DNA from: Tubiluchus corallicola
Taxonomy: Eukaryota; Animalia; Priapulida
Direction: 5' to 3'
Length of the DNA: 64,000 nt
Assembly (NCBI GenBank): GCA_030141605.1
Contig: JAQGDQ010000768.1
Coordinates: 1-64,000, forward strand
Shown here: in pieces, positions 63,238 to 64,000 of the stretch
Layout: each line of letters opens with the position of its first letter
Numbering within the stretch: position 1 is the first letter of the stretch
Program-made: the position numbers and the translations under genes
Notes under the pieces: model-generated
The model's input: the letters and a program-made list of their open reading frames with translations, nothing else
Databases searched by the model: none
What the model was told of the DNA's origin: nothing

Positions 63238-64000
63238 ACATAAGATATTTCTCTTTAGCTATTTGAACATGTCAGCTGTTCTAGTTCAAGTATTCACATA
63301 ATTTATCTATTTGAGAAAAATATGCCTATATGCTGTGAAAAATGCTTCATTTACTGCACAAAACAGATTGAAACATTTAATAAATTTATTCAAAATGCAC
63401 AAAACCTAAAAAGAGAATGTTGACATAAAAATTTTGACCATTACAAAGCTGAACAACTCGTCTTAATAGATATGTTGGCTATTTTTACCTGAAAATACTC
63501 TTTGTGACAAAATTAACGAATATTGTATAAAAAGTGACATTTCTCAATGGCCAGCAAGTTAATCAGGCACAACAGTGAAACTTGTAATTGCACTATTTGC
63601 GTCACTGCTATACAAAAATAAACAGCAGCAGTACTAAAAACTTGTAAGTACAAAGTAAAGACAGTAGAACTTATCAAGAAGCCAAGTGCAATTAAAAGAA
63701 AAAACATAGGAGGAAGAAAACAAAATAGCAAGGGCACAGTTTACTTATATAAAAAACTATAAATTAGTTTTGTGTATACTGGAAAACTTAGTCTAGTGTT
63801 TTTGAAAATAAATAATATTTTGAAAAAGAATCATTGTTCGAAGCTATCGTTACTGATCTTATCTTGTGAAAGATGCAAGCTTTGAATACTCAGAGTTTTG
63901 TAACACACCACAAATAGTTTATTTCGATGGTGCAAAGACGTAACACACCACAAATCGTTTATTTCGATGGTGCAAAGATGTAACACACCACAAATAGTTT
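63166..64000. repeat. Right arm of the long inverted repeat (runs off window)
   Basis: Reverse complement of 59660-60493 with very few mismatches. Confidence 0.97.

Overview
Eukaryotic (animal, invertebrate-like) genomic DNA: AT-rich, with GT-AG introns and dense microsatellites, minisatellites and transposons. Most ORF-track entries are repeat artefacts. Main contents: (1) 1-7336: right-hand ends of two related Polinton/Maverick-like elements, both ending in ACTACT and each carrying a C2H2 zinc-finger gene. The left element appears to be inserted into the decayed protein-primed PolB gene of the right one. (2) A young 5'-truncated RTE-clade LINE (7899-10009) and smaller LINE relics. (3) A single-coding-exon ankyrin protein with a FEM1-like C-terminal box (15940-18132). 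(4) A complete 5S-rRNA-headed SINE with TSD (23093-23639). (5) A two-exon orphan gene for a putative secreted protein (33305-35942). (6) The first seven coding exons of V-ATPase subunit C (41353-59070, continuing beyond the window), in which the exon-4 splice acceptor is tandemly amplified eight times in frame. (7) Many MITEs, two long inverted-repeat structures with internal tandem arrays, and a head-to-tail Helitron junction. All family assignments come from motif recognition by eye; no database searches were run.
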